A stretch of DNA of 64,000 bases from Candidatus Eiseniibacteriota bacterium (GTDB lineage: Bacteria > Eisenbacteria > RBG-16-71-46), in the NCBI GenBank assembly GCA_016178725.1, contig JACOSV010000026.1, positions 21,965 to 85,964 on the forward strand, given 5' to 3'. The notes under the pieces are model-generated. The model was not told the DNA's origin and did no database searches. It saw only the letters and a list, made by a program, of their open reading frames with translations. The position numbers and the translations under genes were made by a program. Below, piece by piece: positions 26,797-35,880 of the stretch. The stretch's first letter is position 1, and each line of letters opens with the position of its first letter.

Positions 26797-28575
26797 ATGG
26801 ACGAGCATTCCGCCCGCCCCGCGGCGGCGGTGCCGACCCAGACCCCCGCGACCCCGATCGAGTCCGATCCGGAACGCGAGGTGCTCGTGCGCGCGGCCGG
26901 TGCGTGGATCGGGCAGTTCGCCCGCACGCTCAAGACCTGCCGCCTCTACGACGCGGCCAACCCGGCGGCGGTGCGCTTCCGCGAGGAGCTCACGGCGGCG
27001 CTCGGCCGGCTGCTCGATGCGCACGGCGCGGTGACCTACAAGTTCAGCGCCGACGACGTCCTGTGCGAGGAGGCCTCGCTCTATCCGGCGAAGTCGCGCG
27101 ACGACAACATCGCGCTGCCGTTCCATCGCGACGGCGTGCGCGGCCTGACGCTTTCGCCCGGGACCGAGGCGCGCGAGGTGGACGCGATCGTCGACGCGGT
27201 GCTGCTCGTCACCGGCCAGGGACAGATCGAGGACGATCTCGTGACGCTGCTCTGGGAGGCGAACCTCCGCCACGTGGACATCGACTACGTGCCGGGCGAA
27301 GGCGACGTGGGCGCGGGGCCGGGCGAGGAGACCGGCGATCTGGTGCCGTGGCCGACCGCGACCGTCACCGACGAGCCTTCGAGCGAGGCCGCCGCGGCCG
27401 CGAGCGAGGCCGATGCGGACGCGGCCGTGACGAACCCGGCGGGATCGCGCTCGGACGACTGGACCACGGGCGACGTGACGGTCGAGGTGGACGCGGGATT
27501 CGAGGAGCTCGACGCTCTGGCGCCCACCGAGACCGAACGCTTCCGCGACGAGTTCGCCGCCGAGCACGAGGTGCCGCTGATGACCACCGCGCTCGCGATC
27601 GCGCACGCCTACATGAACGCGCCGGTGAGCGACGAGGACCGCGTCGAGCTGGCACAGTTTCTCCCGCGCATGCTGCGGCTCGCGATCGGCGACGGGCTGT
27701 GGCTCGAGGCGCGCGAGGCGCTCGCGCTGCTGCGCGCCTGCGGGAGCGAGGAGTGGTCGGTCGAGACCTTCTCGCAGGAGCTGCTGCAGCCGATCTCGAT
27801 CACCTCGACCGCCGAGCGACTCGACCGCGCCGAGCCGAACCAGATCGCCGAGTGCATCGCGCTCGCGCGCGAGCTCGGCGAGCCGGGGATCGACTGGCTC
27901 GGCCTGCTGCTGGGCGCGAGCCAGCAGCGCCGCACGCGGCGCCAGCTCGCCGAGGCGGTGACCGCGCTCGTCCGCGACAACCCCGAGCGCATTGCGCCGT
28001 GGCTCGCCGACGAGCGCTGGGAAGTGGTGCGCAACGCGGCGCAGATCCTGGGCTGGATCGGCGGCGACGCGATTGCCGGGATGCTCCAGGCCGCGTCGCG
28101 CCATCCCGAGCCGCGCGTGCGGCGCGAGGTCGCCGCGGCGCTCGGGCAGGTGAGCCCCGACGTCGCGAAGCCGATTCTGATGACGATGCTCGACGACCCC
28201 GACCCGCGGCTCTTCGGCTCGATTCTCCACCAGCTCGCCGGCCGGCGCGACGCCGACGTCGCGCGGCTCGTCGCCGGCTACCTGCGCGATCCCTGGTTCG
28301 AGCAGCGGCCGGCCGAGGCGCAGCGCGCGATCTACAACGCGCTCGCCACCGCCGGCACCGACGACGTGCTCACCGATCTCGAGGCCGAGCTGGTCAAGAG
28401 CGGCGGCTGGCCGTCGCGCGGGCAGGACGAACACCGCGCCATGATCGCGCGCTGCATCGCGCGGCTCGGCACGGTGCGGGCGCTCGCGGTGCTCGAGCGC
28501 GGCGCCGAGGCGAAGCGTCCGGCGTTGCGCCAGGCGTGCGCCGACGCGTTGAGGACGGTCCGTGTCCGCGGCTGA
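26797..28575 (+). CDS. HEAT-repeat protein with a ~350-aa N-terminal region of unknown function.
   Basis: C-terminal HEAT/PBS-lyase-like repeats (HPEPRVRREVAAALGQV..., DPDPRLFGSILHQLAG..., VARLVAGYLRD). Overlaps the downstream HD-GYP gene start by 14 nt, implying an operon. Confidence 0.5.
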   Translation: MDEHSARPAAAVPTQTPATPIESDPEREVLVRAAGAWIGQFARTLKTCRLYDAANPAAVRFREELTAALGRLLDAHGAVTYKFSADDVLCEEASLYPAKSRDDNIALPFHRDGVRGLTLSPGTEAREVDAIVDAVLLVTGQGQIEDDLVTLLWEANLRHVDIDYVPGEGDVGAGPGEETGDLVPWPTATVTDEPSSEAAAAASEADADAAVTNPAGSRSDDWTTGDVTVEVDAGFEELDALAPTETERFRDEFAAEHEVPLMTTALAIAHAYMNAPVSDEDRVELAQFLPRMLRLAIGDGLWLEAREALALLRACGSEEWSVETFSQELLQPISITSTAERLDRAEPNQIAECIALARELGEPGIDWLGLLLGASQQRRTRRQLAEAVTALVRDNPERIAPWLADERWEVVRNAAQILGWIGGDAIAGMLQAASRHPEPRVRREVAAALGQVSPDVAKPILMTMLDDPDPRLFGSILHQLAGRRDADVARLVAGYLRDPWFEQRPAEAQRAIYNALATAGTDDVLTDLEAELVKSGGWPSRGQDEHRAMIARCIARLGTVRALAVLERGAEAKRPALRQACADALRTVRVRG

Positions 28576-29992
28576 TCCGCGCCCCGATGCGCCGCTCGAC
28601 GCGGTCGGGCCGCAGCTCCTGCTCCGCCTCTCGGCGGTGATCCGCACCGCGCGCACCCACGACGTCTCGAATCAGGCGTTCCAGCGCCAGCTGCACGACC
28701 TGCTCGCCGTGATCGCCCTGCTCCACGGCGACGAGGATGAGTGCGTGCTGGGCGCGATCGCCGACTACTTCTACCTCGACGGCCGGCGCATCAAGGCGAG
28801 CGCGACGCTGCTGCCCGTCTACCACGGCCTGCTCGGCGAGTTCGAGCGCCGCGCGGTCGGCGGGATCCGGTTTCTACAAGGCCTGCACGCCGCCGAGCTC
28901 GAGCGTTTCTTCCAGCTGTTCATGGCCGCCGAGGATCCGGCGATCGCCGAGCTGCTGCCGCAGACGATCGAGGAGGCGCGCATCGAGCACGTCGTCGTGA
29001 TGCCCGCCGCGGATCTCGACGTCGACGACCTCACCCGCGAGATGACCGAACAGCGCACCGAGCGCGGCCGGGCGAAGCGCGTGTTCTGGCGCGCCGTGCT
29101 CGGCACGAAGAAGATCCTGCTGCGCGCGCGGCAGAGCGGCCGCCCCGACCTGCGCCAGGCGAAGCGGCTCGTGCAGCCGGTGGTGGACAGCGTCATGCGC
29201 CACGAGTACTCGATCGTCGGCCTCACCGCGGTCAAGGACCACGACGAATACACGTACGCGCACTGCGTCAACGTCAGCATCCTCTCGGTCGGCATGGGCC
29301 AGGCGCTCGGCCTGCCGCGTCAGGTGCTCGCCGACCTCGGCGTCGCGGCGCTGCTCCACGACATCGGCAAGCTCGCGGTGCCGGGCGAGGTCCTGCGCAA
29401 GCCGGCGCGGCTGACGCCGGAGGAGTGGCACCTCATGCAGCGCCATCCGCTCGAGGGCGTGAAGATGACGATGCGCATGCCCGGGCTCTCGATGCTGACG
29501 CTCGACTCGATGCGCGTGTGCCTCGAACACCACATGAACTTCGACCGCACCGGCTATCCCGAGATCGCCCACGATTGGGGGCAGGCGACGCTGTCGCGCA
29601 TCGTGGCGGCCGGCGACTGCTTCGACGCGATCACCGCGCACCGCACGTACCACCGGCGGCCGCGCACCGCGTTCGAGGCGCTCCAGTACCTGCTCGGCCC
29701 GACGCGCGTGTCGTTCGATCCCGCGGTGCTGTGGGCGATGGTGCGGACCGTCGGGCTCTATCCCGCGGGCTCGGTGCTGGTCACCGACACCGGGCACGTG
29801 GCGCTGGCGTTGAGCCCGAACCCCGAGGACCCGCGGCGTCCGTTCTGCCGCCTGCTCACGTGGCCGGACGGGCGCGCGGTGGACGCGGCCGAAGCGGACG
29901 CGTGGAGCCCGATGCCGAAGGACGTGCGCGTCGTGCGCGTGCTGCGCCCCGAGGAGCACGAGCTCGCGACGCAGGACGCGCTCGCGGCGTAA
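28562..29992 (+). CDS. HD-GYP domain phosphodiesterase (cyclic-di-GMP).
   Basis: HD motif ALLHDIGKLAVP and the GYP signature FDRTGYPE. ~200-aa N-terminal extension. Confidence 0.8.
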   Translation: MSAADPRPDAPLDAVGPQLLLRLSAVIRTARTHDVSNQAFQRQLHDLLAVIALLHGDEDECVLGAIADYFYLDGRRIKASATLLPVYHGLLGEFERRAVGGIRFLQGLHAAELERFFQLFMAAEDPAIAELLPQTIEEARIEHVVVMPAADLDVDDLTREMTEQRTERGRAKRVFWRAVLGTKKILLRARQSGRPDLRQAKRLVQPVVDSVMRHEYSIVGLTAVKDHDEYTYAHCVNVSILSVGMGQALGLPRQVLADLGVAALLHDIGKLAVPGEVLRKPARLTPEEWHLMQRHPLEGVKMTMRMPGLSMLTLDSMRVCLEHHMNFDRTGYPEIAHDWGQATLSRIVAAGDCFDAITAHRTYHRRPRTAFEALQYLLGPTRVSFDPAVLWAMVRTVGLYPAGSVLVTDTGHVALALSPNPEDPRRPFCRLLTWPDGRAVDAAEADAWSPMPKDVRVVRVLRPEEHELATQDALAA

Positions 29993-30000
29993 CACGAACG

Positions 30001-30022
30001 GGCGGCGCCTTGCGACGCCGCC
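30001..30022. terminator. Hairpin between the convergent HD-GYP and secreted-protein genes.
   Basis: GGCGGCG-ccttgcga-CGCCGCC 7-bp stem, weak TGTTGT tail. Confidence 0.3.
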
Positions 30023-30102
30023 AGCCGTGTTGTGGTGAGCCCGATTCGCGCAGTCCAGGACGCTCCCCGTCTCCGACTGCGTCCACACGAGCTCACACGT
30101 TG

Positions 30103-30615
30103 CTAGTGCTCGTTGTCGTTCCAGTCCCCGTCGTCCCCGTCGCGACCGTGGTCGCGCCAGCCGCGGTCGTTGCGGTCGTAACCGTACGGGCACCAGCCGT
30201 CGTCGCCGTAGCGATACGTGCCCACGCACTCGCCGCTGTTGATCGCGATCACGCGCACCAGCGCGCCGTGGCGGAAGGGGTGGCGGTGGACGCGATAGGC
30301 CTCGAGCGAGGTGAACTCCTCGTGGCAGTAGGGGTCGTAGTAGACGTAGCCGCGCGGCGCCTGATCCGCGAGCACGGCGCCGAGGAACAGCCCGCCGAGG
30401 AATCCCGCGATCGCCGGGCCCGCGCTCGAGCGGCGCACGATGTAGGTGCTGCCCGGCCGATAGTCGCGGTACACGACGCGGCCGCGGTCGCCGCGCCACT
30501 CGTCGCGGTCACGATGGTCCTTCGCGGCGGCCACCGAAGCGGCGCCGGTCACGAGCGTCGAGGCGAGCAGCGTCGCCGCCACGCACCGATTCAGTCTGGG
30601 GGTCCAGCGCATCAT
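30103..30615 (-). CDS. Secreted glycine-zipper protein, hypothetical.
   Basis: AGGGAGG then ATGATG. Signal peptide MMRWTPRLNRCVAATLLASTLVTGAASVAAA. Glycine-zipper AIAGFLGGLFLGAVLA. Asp/Arg/Trp-rich C-terminus. Confidence 0.5.
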   Translation of the reverse strand: MMRWTPRLNRCVAATLLASTLVTGAASVAAAKDHRDRDEWRGDRGRVVYRDYRPGSTYIVRRSSAGPAIAGFLGGLFLGAVLADQAPRGYVYYDPYCHEEFTSLEAYRVHRHPFRHGALVRVIAINSGECVGTYRYGDDGWCPYGYDRNDRGWRDHGRDGDDGDWNDNEH

Positions 30616-30816
30616 CTGCCTCCCTAGGATTGCGGCCGAAACCGGCCTTCTACGGGAGCAGACAGCAGCCCCTGTGCCATTGGCGCCCGGGGCGTGCGCG
30701 CGGCTGCGCGGCAATCACTTGGCGCGGCGTCGGGGGGACGCATACCCGCGCGCGCGGCCCGCGCGTGTGGCGGCGCGGCCACAGTCGCGGGACGCGCCGC
30801 CGCGGTCCGCGCGGGG

Positions 30817-31206
30817 TCAGTTGCTGGTGACGGTGTGGTTCGTGCCGCCGCTGACGTTGATCCAGCGCACGGTGCCGCCGGGCTTGATCGTGACGGCATT
30901 CGGGCTGTAGGAGAGCGTGCCGCCCGGCCCGACGCTTACGAGCATGCTGTCGGCGCCGCCGCCCGCGACCGTGACCGAGCCCGCCATCCCGGTGCCGTGG
31001 ATCTGGCAGTGATAGCCGTACACGGCCGCATTCGCGAACACGTGCGAGTATGAGGCGCCGTTCACGAGCGTGCCCGAGTTGAGCTCGAGCGCCCCGCCGC
31101 CCCCCCCGCCGGCCGGGCTGGTCGACTTGCTGCAGCTGATCGCGATCACGAACACGCCCGCGAGCAGCAGGCCTAAGGCCGGCACCAAAAGACGCCTCAT
31201 CGTCAT
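30817..31206 (-). CDS. Lipoprotein with cupredoxin-like (type-1 copper) motifs in permuted order.
   Basis: AGGAGGA then ATG. Lipobox VIAISCSK. 'YGYHCQIHGTGMAGSVTV' (C-x2-H-x3-M) precedes 'AVTIKPGGTVRWINVSGGTNHTV', the strand that is normally N-terminal. A Gly6 linker is encoded by a C8/G8 homopolymer at 31100-31107. Confidence 0.5.
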   Translation of the reverse strand: MTMRRLLVPALGLLLAGVFVIAISCSKSTSPAGGGGGGALELNSGTLVNGASYSHVFANAAVYGYHCQIHGTGMAGSVTVAGGGADSMLVSVGPGGTLSYSPNAVTIKPGGTVRWINVSGGTNHTVTSN

Positions 31207-31358
31207 GCATCCTCCTAGGACGGTCTCGATGGATCGCGGCGGGGGGATCGGCCATTGAGATTGGGTTCGGGGCCCGGGAGAACCAGACTTTTCGCCAACC
31301 CGGTGCCCGGCCGCGCGGTTCGGGCCGCCGTTCATTCCACGGCCGCGGGCGGCCTCAC

Positions 31359-31550
31359 TCACTTCTTCCCGCGCCCCGCGGCCGACGGCGATCCGCCGCC
31401 GCGGGGGAGACGGCCCTCGCCCTGGAGCGAGCGGCGCAGCAGGAACTCGATCTGTCCGTTCAGGCTCCGCAGGTCGTCGGCCGCCCATTTCTGCAGGGCG
31501 TCGAACAGCGCCGGATCGAGGCGGAGCAGGAACGGCTTGCGTTCGGACAC
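31359..31550 (-). CDS. Arc-family (ribbon-helix-helix) DNA-binding protein.
   Basis: MSERKPFLLRLDPALFDALQKWAADDLRSLNGQIEFLLRRSL is the typical Arc-like RHH pattern. It lies 16 nt downstream of the SPFH gene on the same strand. Confidence 0.55.
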   Translation of the reverse strand: MSERKPFLLRLDPALFDALQKWAADDLRSLNGQIEFLLRRSLQGEGRLPRGGGSPSAAGRGKK

Positions 31551-31565
31551 GGAATGCTCACACGG

Positions 31566-32435
31566 CTACTGGTAGAGCGTGCCGGTGTTCACGACCGGCT
31601 GGGTGTGCTGGTCGCTGCAGAGCACGACCAGCATGTTGCTGACCATCGCGGCCCGGCGCTCGTCGTCGAGCGTGACGACGTTCTTCTTCGCCAGCTGCTC
31701 GAGCGCCATCTCGACCATGCCGACCGCGCCTTCGACGATCTTCTGGCGCGCGGCCACGATCGCGCTCGCCTGCTGGCGGCGCAGCATCGCGCCGGCGATC
31801 TCGGGCGCGTACGCGAGATGGCTGATGCGAGCCTCGATGATCTCGATGCCCGCCCGGGAGAGACGCTCCTGGATCTCCTTCTGCAGTTGTGTGGCGACCT
31901 CGCCGGTGCTGCTGCGCAGTGCCAGCTCGCCATCGACATGCGCATCGTACGCGTATGACGTGGCGAGGTTGCGCAGCGCCGACTCGCTCTGCACGTGCAG
32001 GAAGTTCTCGTAGTTGTCGACGTCGAATAGCGCCTCGGCGGTCTCGACCACCTTCCACACCACGACCGCGGCGATCTCGATCGGATTGCCGACGTGATCG
32101 TTGACCTTGAGCTTCGCGGTCTCGAAGTTACGGACGCGCTGCGAGACCTTGCGCTTGGTGATGAACGGGCTCATCCACTTGAAGCCCGGCGACTTGACGG
32201 TGCCGACGTAGCTGCCGAAGAGCTGCAGTACCTTGGCCTCGTTCGGATTGACGACGAACAGGCCGACGAAGCCGAGGATGTCGACCAGCCACACGACCAC
32301 GCTCGTGACGATGCCCGCCAGCGACTGGTGCTGCACCGACTGGATGACCGCGATTGGCGCGAGGATCGCGACCAGGAACAGCACGACCAGCATGAGTCCG
32401 CCCGACACCGGCTGGACGACGCGTTCGCGCATCAT
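31566..32435 (-). CDS. SPFH/band-7 domain protein (stomatin/prohibitin-like).
   Basis: Strong RBS AAGGAGG. N-terminal TM segment, then the SPFH core ([25 protein letters not shown]...). Confidence 0.8.
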   Translation of the reverse strand: MMRERVVQPVSGGLMLVVLFLVAILAPIAVIQSVQHQSLAGIVTSVVVWLVDILGFVGLFVVNPNEAKVLQLFGSYVGTVKSPGFKWMSPFITKRKVSQRVRNFETAKLKVNDHVGNPIEIAAVVVWKVVETAEALFDVDNYENFLHVQSESALRNLATSYAYDAHVDGELALRSSTGEVATQLQKEIQERLSRAGIEIIEARISHLAYAPEIAGAMLRRQQASAIVAARQKIVEGAVGMVEMALEQLAKKNVVTLDDERRAAMVSNMLVVLCSDQHTQPVVNTGTLYQ

Positions 32436-32454
32436 GACGACCTCCTTCGATGGG

Positions 32455-32487
32455 GTGATGTCAATATGATATCACTTTGATATCGCC
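32455..32487. promoter_or_regulatory. AT-rich operator/promoter element with two TGATATC palindromic half-sites, in the SPFH-Arc / two-component divergent intergenic region.
   Basis: tgtcaataTGATATCacttTGATATCgcc. The two GATATC palindromes sit 11 bp apart centre to centre. Local AT content far exceeds the ~30% genome average. Confidence 0.45.
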
Positions 32488-32584
32488 CGTGTCCAGAGGA
32501 TTCAAGGAGGTCCCCGGCCGGGACGCGCTCGCGGGTCATGCCGGCGGTCGCCGTGCGGGCAAGGGGCTGCGGTAGAGTCCGCGC

Positions 32585-33832
32585 GTGGATCGACTGGCCG
32601 TGGAGTTGAGCGCCCTCGGCTTCGAGGCCCTGATCACGTGGCTGCTGGCGCTCGTCTACTGGACGCTCTGGTACCAGCAGCGTCGCTCCTATTTCGCGAC
32701 ATGGGCCGCGGCGTGGGCCGCATTCGGCCTCCGGCTCGGTTTCATCTCCGCGTTCGTGCTCACCCGCAGGGAGGTGTGGCTCTTCGCGCATCAGGCCGCG
32801 ACCGGCCTCACCGCGTTGCTGCTGCTCTGGGCGGCGCTGCAATTCTCGGTCGGCGCGGTGTGGCACCGTCGGTATCTCGCGCTCGGCGGGGCTGCGATCG
32901 CATGGGCGTGGCTGGCGATCTACGTGATTCGCGACATGCGCGCCGCGGGGGTCTCCGCCGCGTTGCTGCTCGCCGGCGTGACGCTGTGGACGGGCCTCGT
33001 GTTCTGGCGCCGGCGCGCGCGCGGCGACTCGACCGGCGCGACGATCCTCGCCTGGACCTTCACGCTTTGGGGCCTGCACCACCTCGACTACCCGTTGCTG
33101 CGTCCGCTGGGGAGCGGCGTACTCTACGGCGTCTTCGCGGACGTGCTGCTCATCGTCGCCGCCACCGTCGGCACGCAGTTCCTCGTGCTGGGCGACGGGC
33201 GTCGGGCGCTGGAGGCGCGCAGCCGCCAGCTCGAGCAGCTGACACGGCTCCTCCTCCGCGCGCAGGAGGACGAGCGGCGGCGGATCGCCCGCGAACTGCA
33301 CGACGAGGCGGGGCAGGTGCTCACCGCGGTGAAGATCGAGCTCGACCTCGAGGGAAACACCGAGGCGGGCCGCATGGTCGGTCGGGCCCTGGCGCAGGTG
33401 CGCGACGTGAGCAATCTGCTGCGCCCCTCCGTGCTCGACGATCTGGGACTCGTGCCGGCGTTGCGTGGACTGGTCGACGACTTCTCGCGCGGCACCCGCG
33501 TCGATGCGACCCTCACCGTGGGCGATCCGCTCGGCCCGTTGCCCGACGATCTCGAAGTCGTGATCTACCGGGTGATCCAGGAGGCGCTCACCAACGTGGC
33601 ACGTCATGCGGCCGCTCGGCGCGTTCAGATACGTCTCGAGGCCGATCGCGAGCGCGTGCGGCTCGCGATCGAGGATGACGGGCGCGGCGTCTCGGGCGAA
33701 CCTGTGCCACACCTCGGCCTGCTCGGCATCCGCGAACGGATCACGACGCTTGGCGGGAGGTTGCAGCTGGGCGGAGGCCCAGGGCGCGGATTCCGGATCG
33801 AAGCGGTGATTCCGACCGGAGGGAACGCGTGA
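32585..33832 (+). CDS. Sensor histidine kinase, NarL/DesK type (HisKA_3 + HATPase_c) with a 5-6 TM N-terminal sensor.
   Basis: Phospho-His helix: RRRIARELHDEAGQVLTAV. ATPase: NVARHAAA...IEDDGRGV...GLLGIRERITTLGG. The stop overlaps the response-regulator start as GTGA. Confidence 0.8.
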   Translation: MDRLAVELSALGFEALITWLLALVYWTLWYQQRRSYFATWAAAWAAFGLRLGFISAFVLTRREVWLFAHQAATGLTALLLLWAALQFSVGAVWHRRYLALGGAAIAWAWLAIYVIRDMRAAGVSAALLLAGVTLWTGLVFWRRRARGDSTGATILAWTFTLWGLHHLDYPLLRPLGSGVLYGVFADVLLIVAATVGTQFLVLGDGRRALEARSRQLEQLTRLLLRAQEDERRRIARELHDEAGQVLTAVKIELDLEGNTEAGRMVGRALAQVRDVSNLLRPSVLDDLGLVPALRGLVDDFSRGTRVDATLTVGDPLGPLPDDLEVVIYRVIQEALTNVARHAAARRVQIRLEADRERVRLAIEDDGRGVSGEPVPHLGLLGIRERITTLGGRLQLGGGPGRGFRIEAVIPTGGNA

Positions 33833-34485
33833 GCCGCGCGGCGCCGACCCGCGTGCTGCTCGCGGACGACCACAACCTGGTCCGTGCCGGGGTGCGGCGG
33901 ATTCTCGAGTCCCACCATGGCGTTCAGGTCGTGGGCGAAGTGGGTGACGGCGAGAGCGCGCTTCGCGCGCTCGATGCCACGCCCGCCGATGTGCTCGTGC
34001 TCGACCTGACGATGCCGGGCATGGACGGCTTCGAAGTCCTGCGGCGCGCGAGGGCGGCGCATCCGCGACTCCGCATGCTGGTGCTGACCATGCACACGAC
34101 CCCGGCGTACGTGTCGCGCGCGATCCGCGAGGGCGCCGACGGGTATCTGCTCAAGGACTCCGCGGTGCAGGATCTGATGACTGCGATCGGCAGCGTGATG
34201 GAGGGTCGCGCCTACTACAGTCCGCCGATCCAGCGCGAACTGGGTGAAATCCTGCGGACCGAGAGCGCCGGGCGGCGCCCGCTCGATCAGCTCACCGAGC
34301 GCGAGCGGGAGGTGCTGCGGCTCGTGGCCGCCGGACTTTCGACCAAGGAAATCGCCGGTCGGCTCGCGATCAGCGGTCGCACGGTCGAGAGCCATCGCGC
34401 CCGTCTGATGGGCAAGCTGGGGCTGCGCTCGGTCGCGCTGCTCACGCAATTCGCCATCCGCGAGGGAATGCTGGCGGATCCATAG
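33829..34485 (+). CDS. Response regulator, NarL/FixJ family (REC + LuxR HTH).
   Basis: VLLADDHNLVRAGVRR...VLDLTMPGMDG (the phospho-Asp lies in VLDL). C-terminal LTEREREVLRLVAAGLSTKEIAGRLAISGRTVESHR. Confidence 0.85.
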   Translation: MSRAAPTRVLLADDHNLVRAGVRRILESHHGVQVVGEVGDGESALRALDATPADVLVLDLTMPGMDGFEVLRRARAAHPRLRMLVLTMHTTPAYVSRAIREGADGYLLKDSAVQDLMTAIGSVMEGRAYYSPPIQRELGEILRTESAGRRPLDQLTEREREVLRLVAAGLSTKEIAGRLAISGRTVESHRARLMGKLGLRSVALLTQFAIREGMLADP

Positions 34486-34563
34486 GTATCCGTAGGACTA
34501 CGGAGGACGTCTCCGTACTCTTGCGTATCGCCGTCGGCGCGATCGTTCCCCTAGGCTGACGGG

Positions 34564-35880
34564 ATGCCACAACGACGTCCGGTTCGTCATCCCGTCCTCG
34601 CGGCTCCGCCCGCGATCGACGCGCTGCGCGTGTTGAGCATTCACCATCGCACGGCGGCCCTCGACGACCTCGAGCGCATGGTTCTCCCGGCGACGACGGT
34701 CGCCGATCTCGGACGGCGATTCGGCGCGCGAGGGCTTCAGGCGGTCGTGCTTTCGACGTGCCATCGGACCGAGCTCTACAGCTGCGCGCTGCGCGCGGCC
34801 GACCATGCGCGTGCCGAGGAGATGCTGCTGGCGACGGCGCCGGGCGGAGCGCCGGCGCGCGAGCGCTTCATGGTGGCGCGCGGACGGTCCGCGGCGGAAC
34901 ATCTCTTCCGGGTCGCCGCGGGACTCGAGTCGCTGGTGCTCGGCGAGGCCGAGGTGCTGGGTCAGGTCCGCATCGCGATCCGCGTCGCCGAGGACGCCGG
35001 CGCCGCGGGGTCCTTCCTCTCCGCCCTGTTCCGCGCCGCGCTCCGGTTCGCGGGCCGCGCGCGCAGCGAGACCGCCATCGGCACCGGCGCGCTCTCCGTC
35101 GCATCGGCGTCGATCCGGCTGCTCGGCCGCGTCCACCCCGACGTCACCGCATGTACCGTCCTCGTCGTCGGCGCCGGCGCCACCGGACTCAAGGCCGCGC
35201 GCCAGCTCGCGGCCGAGCGTGTCGGGCACCTCGTCATCGCGAACCGCACCGCATCGCACGCCGCCGTCGCCGCCGAGTTGGGAGGCGAGGCCGTGCCGGT
35301 CGAGTCACTTCCCGAATGGCTTGCGCGTGCGGACGCGGTGATCGCCGCGGTCCAGGTGGACCGTCCGCTGATCACGGCGGAGGCCGTCGGCGCCGCGCGC
35401 GCGGGGATCGCTCGCCCGATCGTGCTGGTCGATCTGTCCCTGCCGCGCGCGATCGAGCCCGAGTGCGCGTCCGTCCCGGGCGTGACCCTGCACGACCTCT
35501 CGGGGCTCGAGCCGATCGTCGCGCACAACCGCGCGCGACGCGAGAGCGAGATCCCGCGCGTCGCCGAGCTCCTGGAGCGCGAGCTCGAGTGGTTCACGGC
35601 CCAGACGCAGGAGTCCATGGCCCGCCCCCTCGTCGCCGAGCTGCGGCGGCGCGCAGAGGCGATCCGCCGCGAAGAGCTCGAGCGGGCCGCACGGGACGGC
35701 GTGCACGACCGCGAGCTGCTGGATCGCGTCACGCGGCGATTGGTCGCCCGCCTGCTGCACGTGCCGAGCACGGCCCTGCGACGCGGCGATCTGCGGGCCG
35801 GCGCGCACGGACACGACCTGCGGTCGTTATTCGGTCTTCATGCGAACGATGACCCCGATGCGGTGGAGGGTCGTCCGTGA
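34564..35880 (+). CDS. hemA: Glutamyl-tRNA reductase.
   Basis: LSTCHRTELY (catalytic Cys). NADPH-binding VVGAGATGLKAARQL. The start is uncertain; the internal GTG near 34627 gives the canonical LRVLSIHHRTA N-terminus. Confidence 0.8.
   Translation: MPQRRPVRHPVLAAPPAIDALRVLSIHHRTAALDDLERMVLPATTVADLGRRFGARGLQAVVLSTCHRTELYSCALRAADHARAEEMLLATAPGGAPARERFMVARGRSAAEHLFRVAAGLESLVLGEAEVLGQVRIAIRVAEDAGAAGSFLSALFRAALRFAGRARSETAIGTGALSVASASIRLLGRVHPDVTACTVLVVGAGATGLKAARQLAAERVGHLVIANRTASHAAVAAELGGEAVPVESLPEWLARADAVIAAVQVDRPLITAEAVGAARAGIARPIVLVDLSLPRAIEPECASVPGVTLHDLSGLEPIVAHNRARRESEIPRVAELLERELEWFTAQTQESMARPLVAELRRRAEAIRREELERAARDGVHDRELLDRVTRRLVARLLHVPSTALRRGDLRAGAHGHDLRSLFGLHANDDPDAVEGRP

Noticed and set aside
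27360-27430. Low-complexity Ala/Glu/Asp-coding stretch (GCC/GCG/GAG repeats) in the HEAT-repeat protein; I considered a repeat element.
   Set aside because: It is a compositionally biased linker, not a discrete tandem repeat.
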